Source: Oscillospiraceae bacterium (lineage in GTDB: Bacteria; Bacillota; Clostridia; Oscillospirales; QAMX01). From it: a stretch of 64,000 nt of DNA. A model generated the notes under the pieces. It made no database searches and was not told the DNA's origin. It was given only the letters and a program-made list of their open reading frames with translations. A program made the translations under genes and the position numbers. Of this stretch, positions 45,594-55,597 are shown piece after piece. Where the stretch lies: contig SVLQ01000010.1 in the NCBI GenBank assembly GCA_015067825.1, positions 32,750 through 96,749 of the forward strand. Reading direction: 5' to 3'. How positions within the stretch are numbered: position 1 is the stretch's first letter; each line of letters begins with the position of its first letter.

Positions 45594-45953
45594 ATGCTCG
45601 ATTATCTCTGGGTTTTTCTGGTTGGCGGCGCGATCTGCGCAATCGGCCAGCTCCTGCTCGACAAAACCAAGCTCACGCCCGCACGCATTCTCGTTTTGTT
45701 CGTCGTCTGCGGCGTTGTTTTAACGGCGATCGGCGTTTACGACGAGATCGTCGCCTTCGCTGGGGCGGGTGCGACCGTGCCGATCGTCGGCTTCGGCTAT
45801 TCGTTGGCAAAGGGCGTGCGCGAGGCGGTGGCGGCAAGCGGTTTTTTGGGTGCGCTCGGCGGCGGTCTGCGCGCGACGGCCGTTGGCGTTACGGCAGCCG
45901 TTTTCCTCGGCTACGTGATCGCGCTCGTAGCCAAACCGGGCGACAAAAGCTGA
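45594..45953 (+). CDS. spoVAE: Stage V sporulation protein AE (AEb)
   Basis: FLVGGAICAIGQLLLDKTKLTP, FAGAGATVP. Confidence 0.95.
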   Translation: MLDYLWVFLVGGAICAIGQLLLDKTKLTPARILVLFVVCGVVLTAIGVYDEIVAFAGAGATVPIVGFGYSLAKGVREAVAASGFLGALGGGLRATAVGVTAAVFLGYVIALVAKPGDKS

Positions 45954-45963
45954 AATCTAACCG

Positions 45964-45995
45964 AAAAAAGCTGCCCTTTGCCCGGCAGCTTTTTT
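45964..45995. terminator. Bidirectional terminator
   Basis: aaaaaagctgcc...ggcagctttttt. Confidence 0.82.
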
Positions 45996-46002
45996 ACAAA
46001 CG

Positions 46003-46635
46003 CTAAACCTGATCCGAGCCTTTTGGCAAGCTCCAGTGGAAATGCGCGGCGAGAACGCGGATCGCGACGATCACGCCCGCACCGGCAAACATCGCCGCAG
46101 TTGCGCCGAGCGGGTGCCACAGGAGCACGCAGACGAGCGCACCGGCGATCGCCGCACAGGCGTAGATATGTTTGACGAAGATGTAGGGCGTATTGCCGGC
46201 GAGCACATCCCGCAACACACCGCCGCCGACACCGGTGATTGTGCCGACGAAAATCGCCAGAAAGGCGTTATTGTATCCCGCGAGGTAGGCCGCCTGTACG
46301 CCGACGACGGTGAAGATCCCAAGGCCGAAAGTGTCGGCGAAGAAGAGGATCGCCGAGTAAACCCGCTGTGTGCGTGCGAGCAGCCGCCGCACGACCGGCA
46401 GAAACATCACGATCGCACCGCCAATGGCCACAGCGGCGTAGATGGGGTTACGGAACATCATCGGCGGAAAGCTGCCGAGCAGAATATCGCGCAGAACACC
46501 GCCGCCGGTGGCGGTGGTCAGCCCCAAAATCGCCACCCCGAAAATATCCATGCGCTTGGAAAGCCCCGTCATCGCCCCGGAAACGGCAAAGGCTACGGTG
46601 CCTATCAGTTCGACGATCAGCATCAAAATCGCCAT
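46003..46635 (-). CDS. Trimeric intracellular cation channel family (UPF0126) membrane protein
   Basis: GTVAFAVSGA, duplicated GGGVLRD, D.FGL. Confidence 0.9.
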   Translation of the reverse strand: MAILMLIVELIGTVAFAVSGAMTGLSKRMDIFGVAILGLTTATGGGVLRDILLGSFPPMMFRNPIYAAVAIGGAIVMFLPVVRRLLARTQRVYSAILFFADTFGLGIFTVVGVQAAYLAGYNNAFLAIFVGTITGVGGGVLRDVLAGNTPYIFVKHIYACAAIAGALVCVLLWHPLGATAAMFAGAGVIVAIRVLAAHFHWSLPKGSDQV

Positions 46636-46697
46636 AATCATTCCTCCAATGCCGGTAAAGCAAAACGCGCGCGGAGAGTTTCCGAGCGCGTTTAATC

Positions 46698-47088
46698 GTG
46701 CAGGGGCGGAGAGCCTGTAAGCCGGGTTCTGTCCATTCCGCTTGCGCGAAACTGAGCCGCCATCTATCTCGAACGCACGTTACCGCACGTCTCATGCCAC
46801 CATCCTTGGATTTGCGTCGGGCAAACGCCGCAAACGGCGAACCGCTTGCGCTCCGGTCGGGTGTTGCTTCGGATAGAGTTTACATGAACGACCGGTTACC
46901 CGGCCGACAGCGGGCGCTTATCTCCGCTTTTCCACCCTTACCATTCCTTGCGGAATGGCGGTATCTCTCTGTTGCACTTGTCCTGAGGTTTCCCTCGGCG
47001 GGCGTTACCCGTTATCCTGCCCTCTGAAGCCCGGACTTTCCTCATGGGGACAAACCCCACGCGGCGGCACAGCTCTCCTTATCTGCAC
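46698..47088 (-). ncRNA. rnpB: RNase P RNA (type A-like)
   Basis: GAGGAAAGTCCGGGC, AGTGCAACAGAGA and ACAGAACCCGGCTTA cores; closing stem ggagagc/gctctcc; TATAAT at 47094-47099. Confidence 0.95.
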
Positions 47089-47162
47089 ACCATATTATAC
47101 ACGATTTTGGCCAAAAGGTAAAGGGTTTTCGCGCGAAAATTGCGAAAACCCTTTGCCGCGGT

Positions 47163-48026
47163 CTAAAGTGATCCCTTCCATCCGGCAATGTCGGATGGGT
47201 CGAATTCGTAGGTCAGCGGCTTGCCGTAGGCCGATTCGTAGCACGCTTTTTTCAGCGCGTAGTCGGCCTCGCCGAGCGCTTCGGTGTTTTCACGCACGGA
47301 GAGATTCGGATCGGGGTACAGTACGCCGAGGATGTGCAGCACGTAGCGCACCTTGCGGAACTCCGCGTTGTCGTTCTCCTCGCAGTCGACCATCTCCACG
47401 AAGCAGGAGAGGATGGGAATATTTAACTTGGAGGCGAAAAAGTAGGCGCCGCTTTTGGGCGGACGCGGCTTCCGATAGTGAAACCACATCTCCTGCTCCG
47501 GGTAGAGGAGCACGGCATCCTGCCGCTCTACCAACCTCTCACGCATGACCTCAAAAAATCCCTTGGCCAGATAGCGCGGGTCGGCCGAGATGGGGATCGT
47601 GTCGGCGTAGTTCATCAGAAAACCGATCGCGCCGGTCATGGCGAAGTTGGTCGTCTGGCTGATGATGCCGAGCGTCTTGCGCCCGAGCGTTTGCGTTAAG
47701 TGGCGGATCACGGTGTTTTCGAGCGGGCTGAAGTGGTTGCTCGTAATCAAAACGCCGCCGAGGTCTTGCGGGATCTTTTCCAGCCCGCGGATCTCGGTTT
47801 TACGGTTGATCAGCGCGGCGGCGCGCCTGGCGAGCATAACGCCCAACGATTTTTTGAAGCGGTAGCTTGCGCGCGTGCGGTCGGCGAGGTATTTTGCGGT
47901 GATCGCGCGGCTTTCTTCGGGGGAAAGTACCGGGTCGGTCAGCTCGACTTTTTGGTGGAACTCGCCGCACTCGGCGGCCTTGCGGATGTTTTCGATGACG
48001 GCTCTGCGGTTTTCTCCAATGATCAT
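47163..48026 (-). CDS. Lysophospholipid acyltransferase (PlsC-like)
   Basis: SNHFSPLE, LLYPE and KSGAY motifs; ATGA overlap with the GT8 gene. Confidence 0.75.
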   Translation of the reverse strand: MIIGENRRAVIENIRKAAECGEFHQKVELTDPVLSPEESRAITAKYLADRTRASYRFKKSLGVMLARRAAALINRKTEIRGLEKIPQDLGGVLITSNHFSPLENTVIRHLTQTLGRKTLGIISQTTNFAMTGAIGFLMNYADTIPISADPRYLAKGFFEVMRERLVERQDAVLLYPEQEMWFHYRKPRPPKSGAYFFASKLNIPILSCFVEMVDCEENDNAEFRKVRYVLHILGVLYPDPNLSVRENTEALGEADYALKKACYESAYGKPLTYEFDPSDIAGWKGSL

Positions 48027-48976
48027 AAGCGGATCTTCACTCCCTTTTCGGTTAAGTTGCGGAAGGTGACCTCCGACGCGGCGATCTCGTTGCAGCGCTC
48101 GACGAGGCGCGCAAGGCAGTCGCGGTCGGCAGCCTGCATCTCGGCGGTGTAGGCTGCGCGATGGGCGCGGAGCTCGTCGAGGTAACCGCAGTCGGCGGCG
48201 TAGTGCCAAAAATATTCGCCGTACTGAATATCGTCGTAGTGCCATGGCTTGGAAAAGAGGTTGTAGTGGATCAAATTGGTCTTCGCCAGCGGCGGACGGG
48301 CGGGATTGGGCATCGCGTCCCACGCGGGATCGAGGTAGAAAATGCGGCCGCGACACATGGCGTTCAGGTAGTCCTGATCGGGAGCGACGCTGTCGAAGTG
48401 GTAGGTGCCGAGCAGGTCGAGGAACCGCTCTTCCAGCTTCGCATCGCGCAGCGCCTTAAGGTTCATCAGCAAAACGCCGGAGTTGATGTACTCTTCTTTA
48501 TGGACGCCGACGGCGTTTTCCGTGTAGGCGACGAGCGGCGGGTTGTCGGCGATCGAAAGATCTCTGCACGCGCCGAACAATGCATCGCCGATGTCGGTGT
48601 CGAAGAGCTTGGCCGCGTCCTCGGTGAACACGACGTCGCTGTCAACGTAGATCGCCTTGTCGTACTCCGGGAACATCGCCGGGATGAACAGGCGGAAAAA
48701 GATCGTCAGCGTGAACTGGTCGCAGCGCATGCGGTTGCTGCGGCGGTCGTCGAGCGCGTCTAAGTTCGCCTGCATCGGGCGCAGGTCGATGGCAAAGTTG
48801 TCGGCCGAAAGGGCGGCGAGCCGGGCGCTGTTTTCTGCCGAAAGCCCTTGGTGCAAAACGATGGCGCGGTAGCCTCTGGCGGGGTCAATATGTCTGACGG
48901 CCGAAGTCAGCGCCACCGCCAGAAACGGGGCGTAGCCGTCGTCGATCGTAAAAAAGATGGGGATCTCTCGCTGCAT
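48023..48976 (-). CDS. Glycosyltransferase family 8
   Basis: FFRLFIP, KAIYVDSD, YINSGVLLMN, DQDYLN and HY...KPW motifs. Confidence 0.93.
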   Translation of the reverse strand: MQREIPIFFTIDDGYAPFLAVALTSAVRHIDPARGYRAIVLHQGLSAENSARLAALSADNFAIDLRPMQANLDALDDRRSNRMRCDQFTLTIFFRLFIPAMFPEYDKAIYVDSDVVFTEDAAKLFDTDIGDALFGACRDLSIADNPPLVAYTENAVGVHKEEYINSGVLLMNLKALRDAKLEERFLDLLGTYHFDSVAPDQDYLNAMCRGRIFYLDPAWDAMPNPARPPLAKTNLIHYNLFSKPWHYDDIQYGEYFWHYAADCGYLDELRAHRAAYTAEMQAADRDCLARLVERCNEIAASEVTFRNLTEKGVKIRL

Positions 48977-49223
48977 GGTTGCTTTCTCCTTTGGATGGTT
49001 TTCGGCGCGGCAGGGTGGTGCGCCTGCGGTTTATTATACCCGCGATCGGCGGTAGGGTAAACCAAAAATCCGGAGAACCGCCTCTACCGATCCTTCTACG
49101 CCCCAAAAATCAACTCTCTCCCCGGTTCTACCAGCCGTAGAATCGGGGAGAACCGCATTCTACGCGCAAAAAAAGCGCTCTCCGTGCAATTTACGGAGAG
49201 CGCCGGATCGGATTTTTGCGTGT

Positions 49224-50642
49224 TTAGCCGGCTGCCGCGGCTGATTGCGCTTCTTTGCCGGTGTCGGTCACCGGTTGGATCCACTTGCGCGAGAGGAAAC
49301 GGCGGACGACCAACACGACCTTTACGAGGTCTTCAAACAAGAGCATGATCGCAAACACGACGGCAAACGGCCATTTTAAGAAGAACGCCGCGATGATGAC
49401 CGAAGGCAGCGCAATGCCCCATACGCAGAGGAAATCGAGCTTCAGCCCCGTGACCGTATCGCCACCGGAGCGGAAGATACCGACGATCATGATGTAGGGG
49501 ATCATGCGCAGACCGTACTCCGGCCCGTAGATCCAGAGGATCGTTTTGGCGGCCGAACGCGAAAGGTCGGAGAGCTTGCCACCGATGTCGAACAGCGAGA
49601 TCAAAGGTGAGGCGAAGAGTACGACCATCGCGCCGATGAAGAGTGCCAACAACGGCACGACGCACGCAAACCGCCGTGCATCGCCGACGGCGCGGTCGAT
49701 CTTGCCCGCGCCGATCGATTTGCCGACCATCACGCAGCAGGCGTTGCAGAGCCCGATGAAGAAGGTGAAGGCGATGTTGTCGATCGTACGGAACATCGTG
49801 ATCGCCGCGTAGTATTCGTAGCCGATGCGCGCGAAGACGATGTTGTAGCCAACCGTACCGAGCCCCCAAAGCGATTCGTTGAAGATCACGGGCCCGCAAA
49901 CGCGGTAGTAGTGCGGGAGCAGCCCCTTGGGGAGCGAAAACATCTCGCGCAGAGACGAACAGACGAGGTTTTTCTGGCAAAACGAAACGGTCAAAATCAG
50001 TGCCGGACTCAGCATCGACGAAATAACCGTCGCGACCGCCGCACCCTCAACGCCCATCTCGGGCAGACCGAGACGGCCGTAGATCAGACCGTAGTTTAAG
50101 ATCGCGTTGGCGACGGCACCGAGACCGCTGGCAAACATCGGCAGTCGCACGCGCTCGGTCGCGCGCAGAAGCGTGCTGAAAGCGTTGGAGAGCGCGAGGC
50201 CGAAGTAGGAGAAACACGCCGTTTTCAGGTAGGCCGAACCCTCGGCGATCACGGTGGCGTCGCTGTTGAAAATCGAAACGACCAGATCGGGGAAGAAAAA
50301 TGCGATGGCAAAAAACACCAGCGCAACGGCCAGCGTGTGCGCGAGCATCAGCCCGTAAACGTTTTTGATGCCCTTTTCGTCCTTGATGCCCCAGTACTGC
50401 GAGATGAACACGGCCGTACCCGAACAGAATCCGAAGAACACGAGCGTGAGCATCCAGCTCCATTGACCGGCCATGCCCACCGCCGACAGCGCGACGTCGC
50501 CCAAACCACCGATCATCACGGTGTCGACGAGCGAGAACGAGGAGATCAGCAGGTTTTGCAGCGCGATCGGCAGTGCCAAACGGATCGTCTGCCCCCAAAA
50601 CGGGCGGTCGCCCAGATAACGGGTGATCAGTGTGTGTTGCAT
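49224..50642 (-). CDS. MATE family efflux transporter
   Basis: LALPIALQN, VDTVMIG.LG, LIYGRLGLPEMGVEGAA and FRSGGD motifs. Confidence 0.93.
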   Translation of the reverse strand: MQHTLITRYLGDRPFWGQTIRLALPIALQNLLISSFSLVDTVMIGGLGDVALSAVGMAGQWSWMLTLVFFGFCSGTAVFISQYWGIKDEKGIKNVYGLMLAHTLAVALVFFAIAFFFPDLVVSIFNSDATVIAEGSAYLKTACFSYFGLALSNAFSTLLRATERVRLPMFASGLGAVANAILNYGLIYGRLGLPEMGVEGAAVATVISSMLSPALILTVSFCQKNLVCSSLREMFSLPKGLLPHYYRVCGPVIFNESLWGLGTVGYNIVFARIGYEYYAAITMFRTIDNIAFTFFIGLCNACCVMVGKSIGAGKIDRAVGDARRFACVVPLLALFIGAMVVLFASPLISLFDIGGKLSDLSRSAAKTILWIYGPEYGLRMIPYIMIVGIFRSGGDTVTGLKLDFLCVWGIALPSVIIAAFFLKWPFAVVFAIMLLFEDLVKVVLVVRRFLSRKWIQPVTDTGKEAQSAAAAG

Positions 50643-50715
50643 AAGCTTCCTTTCCAAACAGAAAAAATCACCCGAAGAAGCGGCTGCCTCTCCGGGCGGA
50701 TCGTGTGTGAAATCG

Positions 50716-51960
50716 TTACAGCTGCGGTCTGCGGGCGAAGTAGCGCTTGATGCCGATCAGGAGCGCGATGCCGATGAGCGGGAATGCCGCACCCAAAACC
50801 ATGCCGACCTTCATGCCGATCTGCTCGGCCGTCAGCGAAAGCTCGATGCCAAGCGTCGCGGCCCAATCGCTCGCGGCGACCGCGTCGACGACTGCGCCCA
50901 TCATCTGCGGGGCGACGGATGCGCCGAAGTCACCGCCGGCAGCCATCAGCGCGTAGGCGGCAACACCCGGCCCGGCGATCTTTTCTTCCATCAAGATCAG
51001 CGTGCCCGGCCAAAGCATCGAGGTGCAGAGCCCCGTGAGGATGCAGGCCAGCATCGAAACGATGACGTTGGGCGAGAGACCGGCGACGAGGTAGCAGACC
51101 GCCGCACCGATCATGCCGGCAAGCAGGATGTTTGAGATGTTTTTGCCGAATTTCGCGTAGAGTGTGCGGCCGAAGCCGAGCAGCAGCGCGAAGACCGCCA
51201 GCCCGAGGATATCGCCGGCCATCTTCGGGATCTGCAGCGCGCTTTCCAGGAAGGCGGAGATCCAGTTGGTCATCGTGTTTTCGGCGGCGCTGCCGAGGAA
51301 GATGCAGGCCACGCACAGTGCCATGCCCGCGCCGCGGCCGGAACGTTTGCTGCCGGCGGCAGGGGAGAGGTCCATTTTCGGGATCGGCGAGATCCAGAAC
51401 AAAACCGCCGAGATCAGCGGCAGCATTGCCCAAAAGATTGTCAGGTACATCCAGTTTTCTGCGCCGAAGAGGTAGAGAAACGCCGAAGAAATGAGCACGA
51501 CCGTCAGAACGCCCCACGCATACAGCGAGTGGAGCAGGCTCATGTCGCGTTCGGGGTTATCCGAGGGGAGCGCCGCCACGACCGGGCTCAAAAGTACTTC
51601 GCTCAGGCCCGCCGCCACCGAAAAAACCACCGTGCCGATGATCAGACCGAGGTAGGCGTAGTCGGGGCAAAGCGAGGGGACGAGCGCGTAAGTGAGCAGA
51701 CCGAGCGAGGTCAGAATGGGCATCACGCGCAGCGTTTTGCGGATGTTGAAGTACTTGGTGAAAAAGCTGAAGACGAGGTCGATCGAGAGCTGCGTGCAGA
51801 AGTTGACGGCAACCAGCGTGCCAAGGAGCGTATAGGAAATGCCGTAGAGCTCGCGGAAGGTTACGAACAACATTGCCGGCAGACAAAACGGCGACGACAT
51901 TGCAAGGTACGAAAAGAAGCAGGCGAACTTGGTGCGCTTGAAATTGGGTGCAGCAGACAT
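50716..51960 (-). CDS. MFS transporter
   Basis: About 12 TM segments, MSLLHSLYAWG, GFGR. Confidence 0.85.
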   Translation of the reverse strand: MSAAPNFKRTKFACFFSYLAMSSPFCLPAMLFVTFRELYGISYTLLGTLVAVNFCTQLSIDLVFSFFTKYFNIRKTLRVMPILTSLGLLTYALVPSLCPDYAYLGLIIGTVVFSVAAGLSEVLLSPVVAALPSDNPERDMSLLHSLYAWGVLTVVLISSAFLYLFGAENWMYLTIFWAMLPLISAVLFWISPIPKMDLSPAAGSKRSGRGAGMALCVACIFLGSAAENTMTNWISAFLESALQIPKMAGDILGLAVFALLLGFGRTLYAKFGKNISNILLAGMIGAAVCYLVAGLSPNVIVSMLACILTGLCTSMLWPGTLILMEEKIAGPGVAAYALMAAGGDFGASVAPQMMGAVVDAVAASDWAATLGIELSLTAEQIGMKVGMVLGAAFPLIGIALLIGIKRYFARRPQL

Positions 51961-52138
51961 ATCTCTCTCTCCCGGTTACTGCGAATTTTAGCCCATTATA
52001 CCACAGTTTCGACGAAAAGTAAACCGCGCGGCCATGCAAAACCGAAACATTGAATTTACAGTTTCTTCAGGAAATATCGGAAAAACGGCAGTAAAATAAA
52101 AAAGGACAGAAGAAAAGCTATGTGGAAGGAGTTTGCAT

Positions 52139-53743
52139 ATGCGAACGAAAAAACTGCCCGCGATCCTGCTGGCACTCTGCTGCCTGTTGGGTGCCTGCTC
52201 GGTGCAAAAATCAGAAAACACCCCGGAACTGCCGGAGGGCACGGTCGTGATCGATTTGTCCGGCAACGGCGTTACGGTCGACGGGAAAACTGCCGACGGA
52301 AATACGGATGCGGCGGTCTACGTCGCCAACGATATCGTCTACTACGAAGCCGGCCACGATTTCACCTACGGTGAGGGCACGGAGTCCGACGCCCACAGCG
52401 CTGAAGAAGCCGCCGCCCATACGGTGGTACATATCACGAAGCCCGGCATCTATAGCCTGAGCGGAACGCTCCCGGCGGGGCAGATCGCGGTCGATCTCGG
52501 CGACGACGCCGAAGAAGATCCGCAGGCCGTAGTCACGCTGATCCTAAACGGCGTGGATATCACCTGCACGGTCGCGCCGGCGGTGATCTTTTATAACGTC
52601 TACGAATGCGGTTCGGCCGATGCCGAAACCGCCGATAAAACGGTCGACACCTCGGCGGCGGGCGCAAACGTCGTCATCGCCGACGGCACGGTCAACCAAA
52701 TCAAGGGCGCGTACGTCGCGCGCATCTATAAGCCCGATACGCTGGAACTGAGCGAAGACGGCACGGAAGTGCTCGATGCCAAAAAGCTCCACAAATACGA
52801 CGCCGCCTTCTACTCCAAAATGTCGATGAACGTCACCGGCGGAGAGGCCGGAACGGGCAAGCTGCTGATCGATGCGGCTAACGAGGGGTTAGACAGCGAG
52901 CTCCACCTGACGATCAACGGCGGCCAAATCGAGATCGAATCCGGCAACGACGGCATCAATACGAACGAAGACGGTGTCTCCGTCACGACGATCAACGGCG
53001 GCTCGGTAAAGATCCGTGTGACCGGCGCGACCGGTGAGGGCGACGGCATCGACTCCAACGGTTGGCTCGTCATCAACGGCGGCACGGTCGTTGCGGAGGC
53101 GTGTGCCACCAGCGGTGACGCGGGCATCGACTCGGATATGGGCATCCATATCAACGGCGGCACGGTCATCGCCACCGGCCATATGCTCGACCGGATCGAA
53201 GCCGGCGGCCAGAACCACGCCGTGTTCAACTTCGCCGCCGAGCAGAAAGGCGATTCGGTCGTCAGCCTCAAAACGGCCGACGGCGAGGCGGTTTTTGATA
53301 TCGCGCCGCAAAACGCCTGCTCGATCCTCGTCTTCAGTTCGCCGGCGCTGCAGGCCGGAACGTATACGCTCTGGAGCGGTGAAACGCAGCTTGCCGGCAT
53401 CAGCGGCAGCATGGGCGGCTTCGGCGGCAAGGGCGACGGAATGCGCCCGGACGGCAATTTCGGCGGCGAGCCCCCCGAAGGCGCGACGCCGCCGGAGGGC
53501 TTCGACCGCGGCGAACGCCCCGAAGGCGAGATCCCCGAAGGCATGACTCCTCCCGATGGTTTTGGCCGTGGCGAACGTCCCGAAGGTGAGATGCCCGAAG
53601 GCCTGACGCCGCCGGATGGAAACTTTGGCGTGGGCGGCGGCATGCGCCCGGGTAGCTTTGGCGAGATGAGCGGCGAGCTTTCGACCGAATTTGTCATCGT
53701 CGACGGCAGCAACCAGTTCTATCAGATCGCTGCAGCGCAGTAA
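52139..53743 (+). CDS. Carbohydrate-binding beta-helix lipoprotein (Cthe_2159/DUF4353-like)
   Basis: LGAC lipobox, ITKPGIYSLSGT, repeated DGID/DGIN...INGG. Confidence 0.82.
   Translation: MRTKKLPAILLALCCLLGACSVQKSENTPELPEGTVVIDLSGNGVTVDGKTADGNTDAAVYVANDIVYYEAGHDFTYGEGTESDAHSAEEAAAHTVVHITKPGIYSLSGTLPAGQIAVDLGDDAEEDPQAVVTLILNGVDITCTVAPAVIFYNVYECGSADAETADKTVDTSAAGANVVIADGTVNQIKGAYVARIYKPDTLELSEDGTEVLDAKKLHKYDAAFYSKMSMNVTGGEAGTGKLLIDAANEGLDSELHLTINGGQIEIESGNDGINTNEDGVSVTTINGGSVKIRVTGATGEGDGIDSNGWLVINGGTVVAEACATSGDAGIDSDMGIHINGGTVIATGHMLDRIEAGGQNHAVFNFAAEQKGDSVVSLKTADGEAVFDIAPQNACSILVFSSPALQAGTYTLWSGETQLAGISGSMGGFGGKGDGMRPDGNFGGEPPEGATPPEGFDRGERPEGEIPEGMTPPDGFGRGERPEGEMPEGLTPPDGNFGVGGGMRPGSFGEMSGELSTEFVIVDGSNQFYQIAAAQ
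53468..53620 (+). repeat. 60-bp coding tandem repeat (PEGxTPPxGFxRGERPEGEx)
   Basis: cccgaaggc anchors at 53474, 53534 and 53594. Confidence 0.8.
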
Positions 53744-53755
53744 TTCTGAGAAAAT

Positions 53756-53797
53756 GAACCCCTGATGCCAAATTCGGCATCAGGGGTTCGCTTTTTA
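53756..53797. terminator. Terminator between convergent genes
   Basis: gaacccctgatgcc...ggcatcaggggttc followed by T run. Confidence 0.8.
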
Positions 53798-55597
53798 TGC
53801 GTCGGCTTTCCGCAGGGCAAAGAGCGCGGTTTCGTTTGCTTCGAGCGTAAATTCAATCCGATCGGCCGTCTGTGTGTCGATTTCCGCGCCGAACACGGGC
53901 GTGACCTCGCAGCGTTCCGGCAGCGCCAGCGATTTGACACCGCCGACGGCGGAATGGAGCCCGAGATAACCGTGGCCGAGGTAGCAGACGTCGCCTTCTG
54001 CGGTGTAGAGATGCACGCCGTTTTCGCGGTAAAAGGCGCGGAGCTCGGCCGATGAGAGCGCATCGTGCGTTGGAGTGGCCGCAAGATACGGGATCCCCAG
54101 CGTTTCGCACAGCGCCATCGCCCGCTCGCCCGCCGGCGAAGCGACCGGGAAGGGAAACACCGCCGCTTGGTAGCGCGGCAAAACCGCTTCGGCGTCCTCG
54201 ACCATGCAGGTATCGAACGGTACGCCCGTCTTGCCCATTGCGGTGCGCGTTTCGGTAATCGCGCCGAGATGCGGTGACCCGTTGAAGAGATAGGCGTAGG
54301 CCTGTTCGTCGGCGAAGAAGACGACTTCGGGGCGCGGCGTATCCGTCGGAGTAGCGGCCGCATCGCAGATTTTTTTCATCGCCGCCAGTTCTGCCATCAG
54401 AAGCGGATCGTCGTACCATCCGCCCCACATATCAAACCACCAGATCGCCGATGCTTTGGTCAGTTGGTGGGCAAAACTCTTGCGTAGAGCCGCGCGCGAA
54501 AGCTCGGCCGTCGGCGGCCCGACCCAAACCGATGCGCCGCCATCCGTGCGGTAGATATCGTCGGGGTATTCGCCGGGGCGCACGTCCTGGATCGCCCGGG
54601 TCAGATAGGTGCGGATATCGCACTCGATGAAGCTGAGCTTGCCGTGGAGCCGCACGGAATCGACGGCGATCATATCGGCCCAGTCGATGCCGAAGGCACG
54701 GTTTTGGGCATAGGCGTTGGGAGAGGAAAAGAAATCGAGCGCGGGCGAATCGATCAAGCGGCGCAGCGCGTGCGAGCCGAAGAGCACCATACCGTTGGAT
54801 TCGAAGGCATAGCCGTAGAACGTGCCGACGATCTGCTTGCCGCCAGTCTCGGTTTTGATCGTTTGAGCAAAGTGCTCGATCGTTTCGGCCACGCCGAGAT
54901 TGGCAAACAAGGCGTAGCGCACGGCATTTTCCGCGGTATTGCAGCTCTCACCGCGCCATGCAAATGCTTCGGCCGGCGGAACTTCGGCGCCCGTCTCGCC
55001 GTACGTCGCCTTGACCCAGCGGCGATAGGGTTCGGCAGCCGCGGCAAGCCCGCCGTTGTTGTCCGGGTGGAACCACTCCTGCGTTTGGCCGCCGCAGATC
55101 TGCCAGCCGCCGATGCGGTCGGCGTAGTCGGCCGCGCGGATATGGCGCACGGTTTCGGTCAGCAGCTTGGCGCCATCGCGGCGAAACGCCTCGGAAAAGA
55201 GCGCTTCACGCATGCCGCCTTTTTTTGTCATCGTACACTCGGCGGGATGCGCATCCGTCCACCACCGCGGCATGCTGATATAGATGCGCGGGAAAATGAC
55301 CGCATCCGGGCATGCGCGCAGAATTTTGCGCACGGCGTCCTCGAATTCGCTGTAATCGGGCTTGGTCGGATCGTCGAACACGCCGACGCGGAACGGCGAA
55401 AAGCCGGTATAGCCGCTGTTGATCGGCAGAGTCGTGAACGCCATGTTGACAAAAAAGATGCGGTAGCCCGCCGCCAAAAAATCGGCGTAGGCGCTGCGCT
55501 CTTCAAAATAGGTGGTGTAGGCCATGGCGGCGGTCTCGCGGCCGTCGATCAGAAGCCGCGGAAACCCGCTCCCGGGGCAGATCGCACTCGTCAGCAT
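53795..55597 (-). CDS. Putative glycoside hydrolase (GH42/GH35-like TIM barrel plus trimerisation-like domain)
   Basis: LLIDG, FPRI...PRWW..AHP, GGQTQEW, IECDIRT and WWFDMWGGW motifs. Confidence 0.6.
   Translation of the reverse strand: MLTSAICPGSGFPRLLIDGRETAAMAYTTYFEERSAYADFLAAGYRIFFVNMAFTTLPINSGYTGFSPFRVGVFDDPTKPDYSEFEDAVRKILRACPDAVIFPRIYISMPRWWTDAHPAECTMTKKGGMREALFSEAFRRDGAKLLTETVRHIRAADYADRIGGWQICGGQTQEWFHPDNNGGLAAAAEPYRRWVKATYGETGAEVPPAEAFAWRGESCNTAENAVRYALFANLGVAETIEHFAQTIKTETGGKQIVGTFYGYAFESNGMVLFGSHALRRLIDSPALDFFSSPNAYAQNRAFGIDWADMIAVDSVRLHGKLSFIECDIRTYLTRAIQDVRPGEYPDDIYRTDGGASVWVGPPTAELSRAALRKSFAHQLTKASAIWWFDMWGGWYDDPLLMAELAAMKKICDAAATPTDTPRPEVVFFADEQAYAYLFNGSPHLGAITETRTAMGKTGVPFDTCMVEDAEAVLPRYQAAVFPFPVASPAGERAMALCETLGIPYLAATPTHDALSSAELRAFYRENGVHLYTAEGDVCYLGHGYLGLHSAVGGVKSLALPERCEVTPVFGAEIDTQTADRIEFTLEANETALFALRKADA

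Noticed and set aside
46448-47548. ORFs overlapping 46698-47088
   Set aside because: The region is the RNase P RNA gene
49060-49165. Hairpin ctccccggttctac...gtagaatcggggag and a short ggagaaccgc repeat upstream of GT8
   Set aside because: A single copy with no recognisable riboswitch or element motif; too little evidence to call
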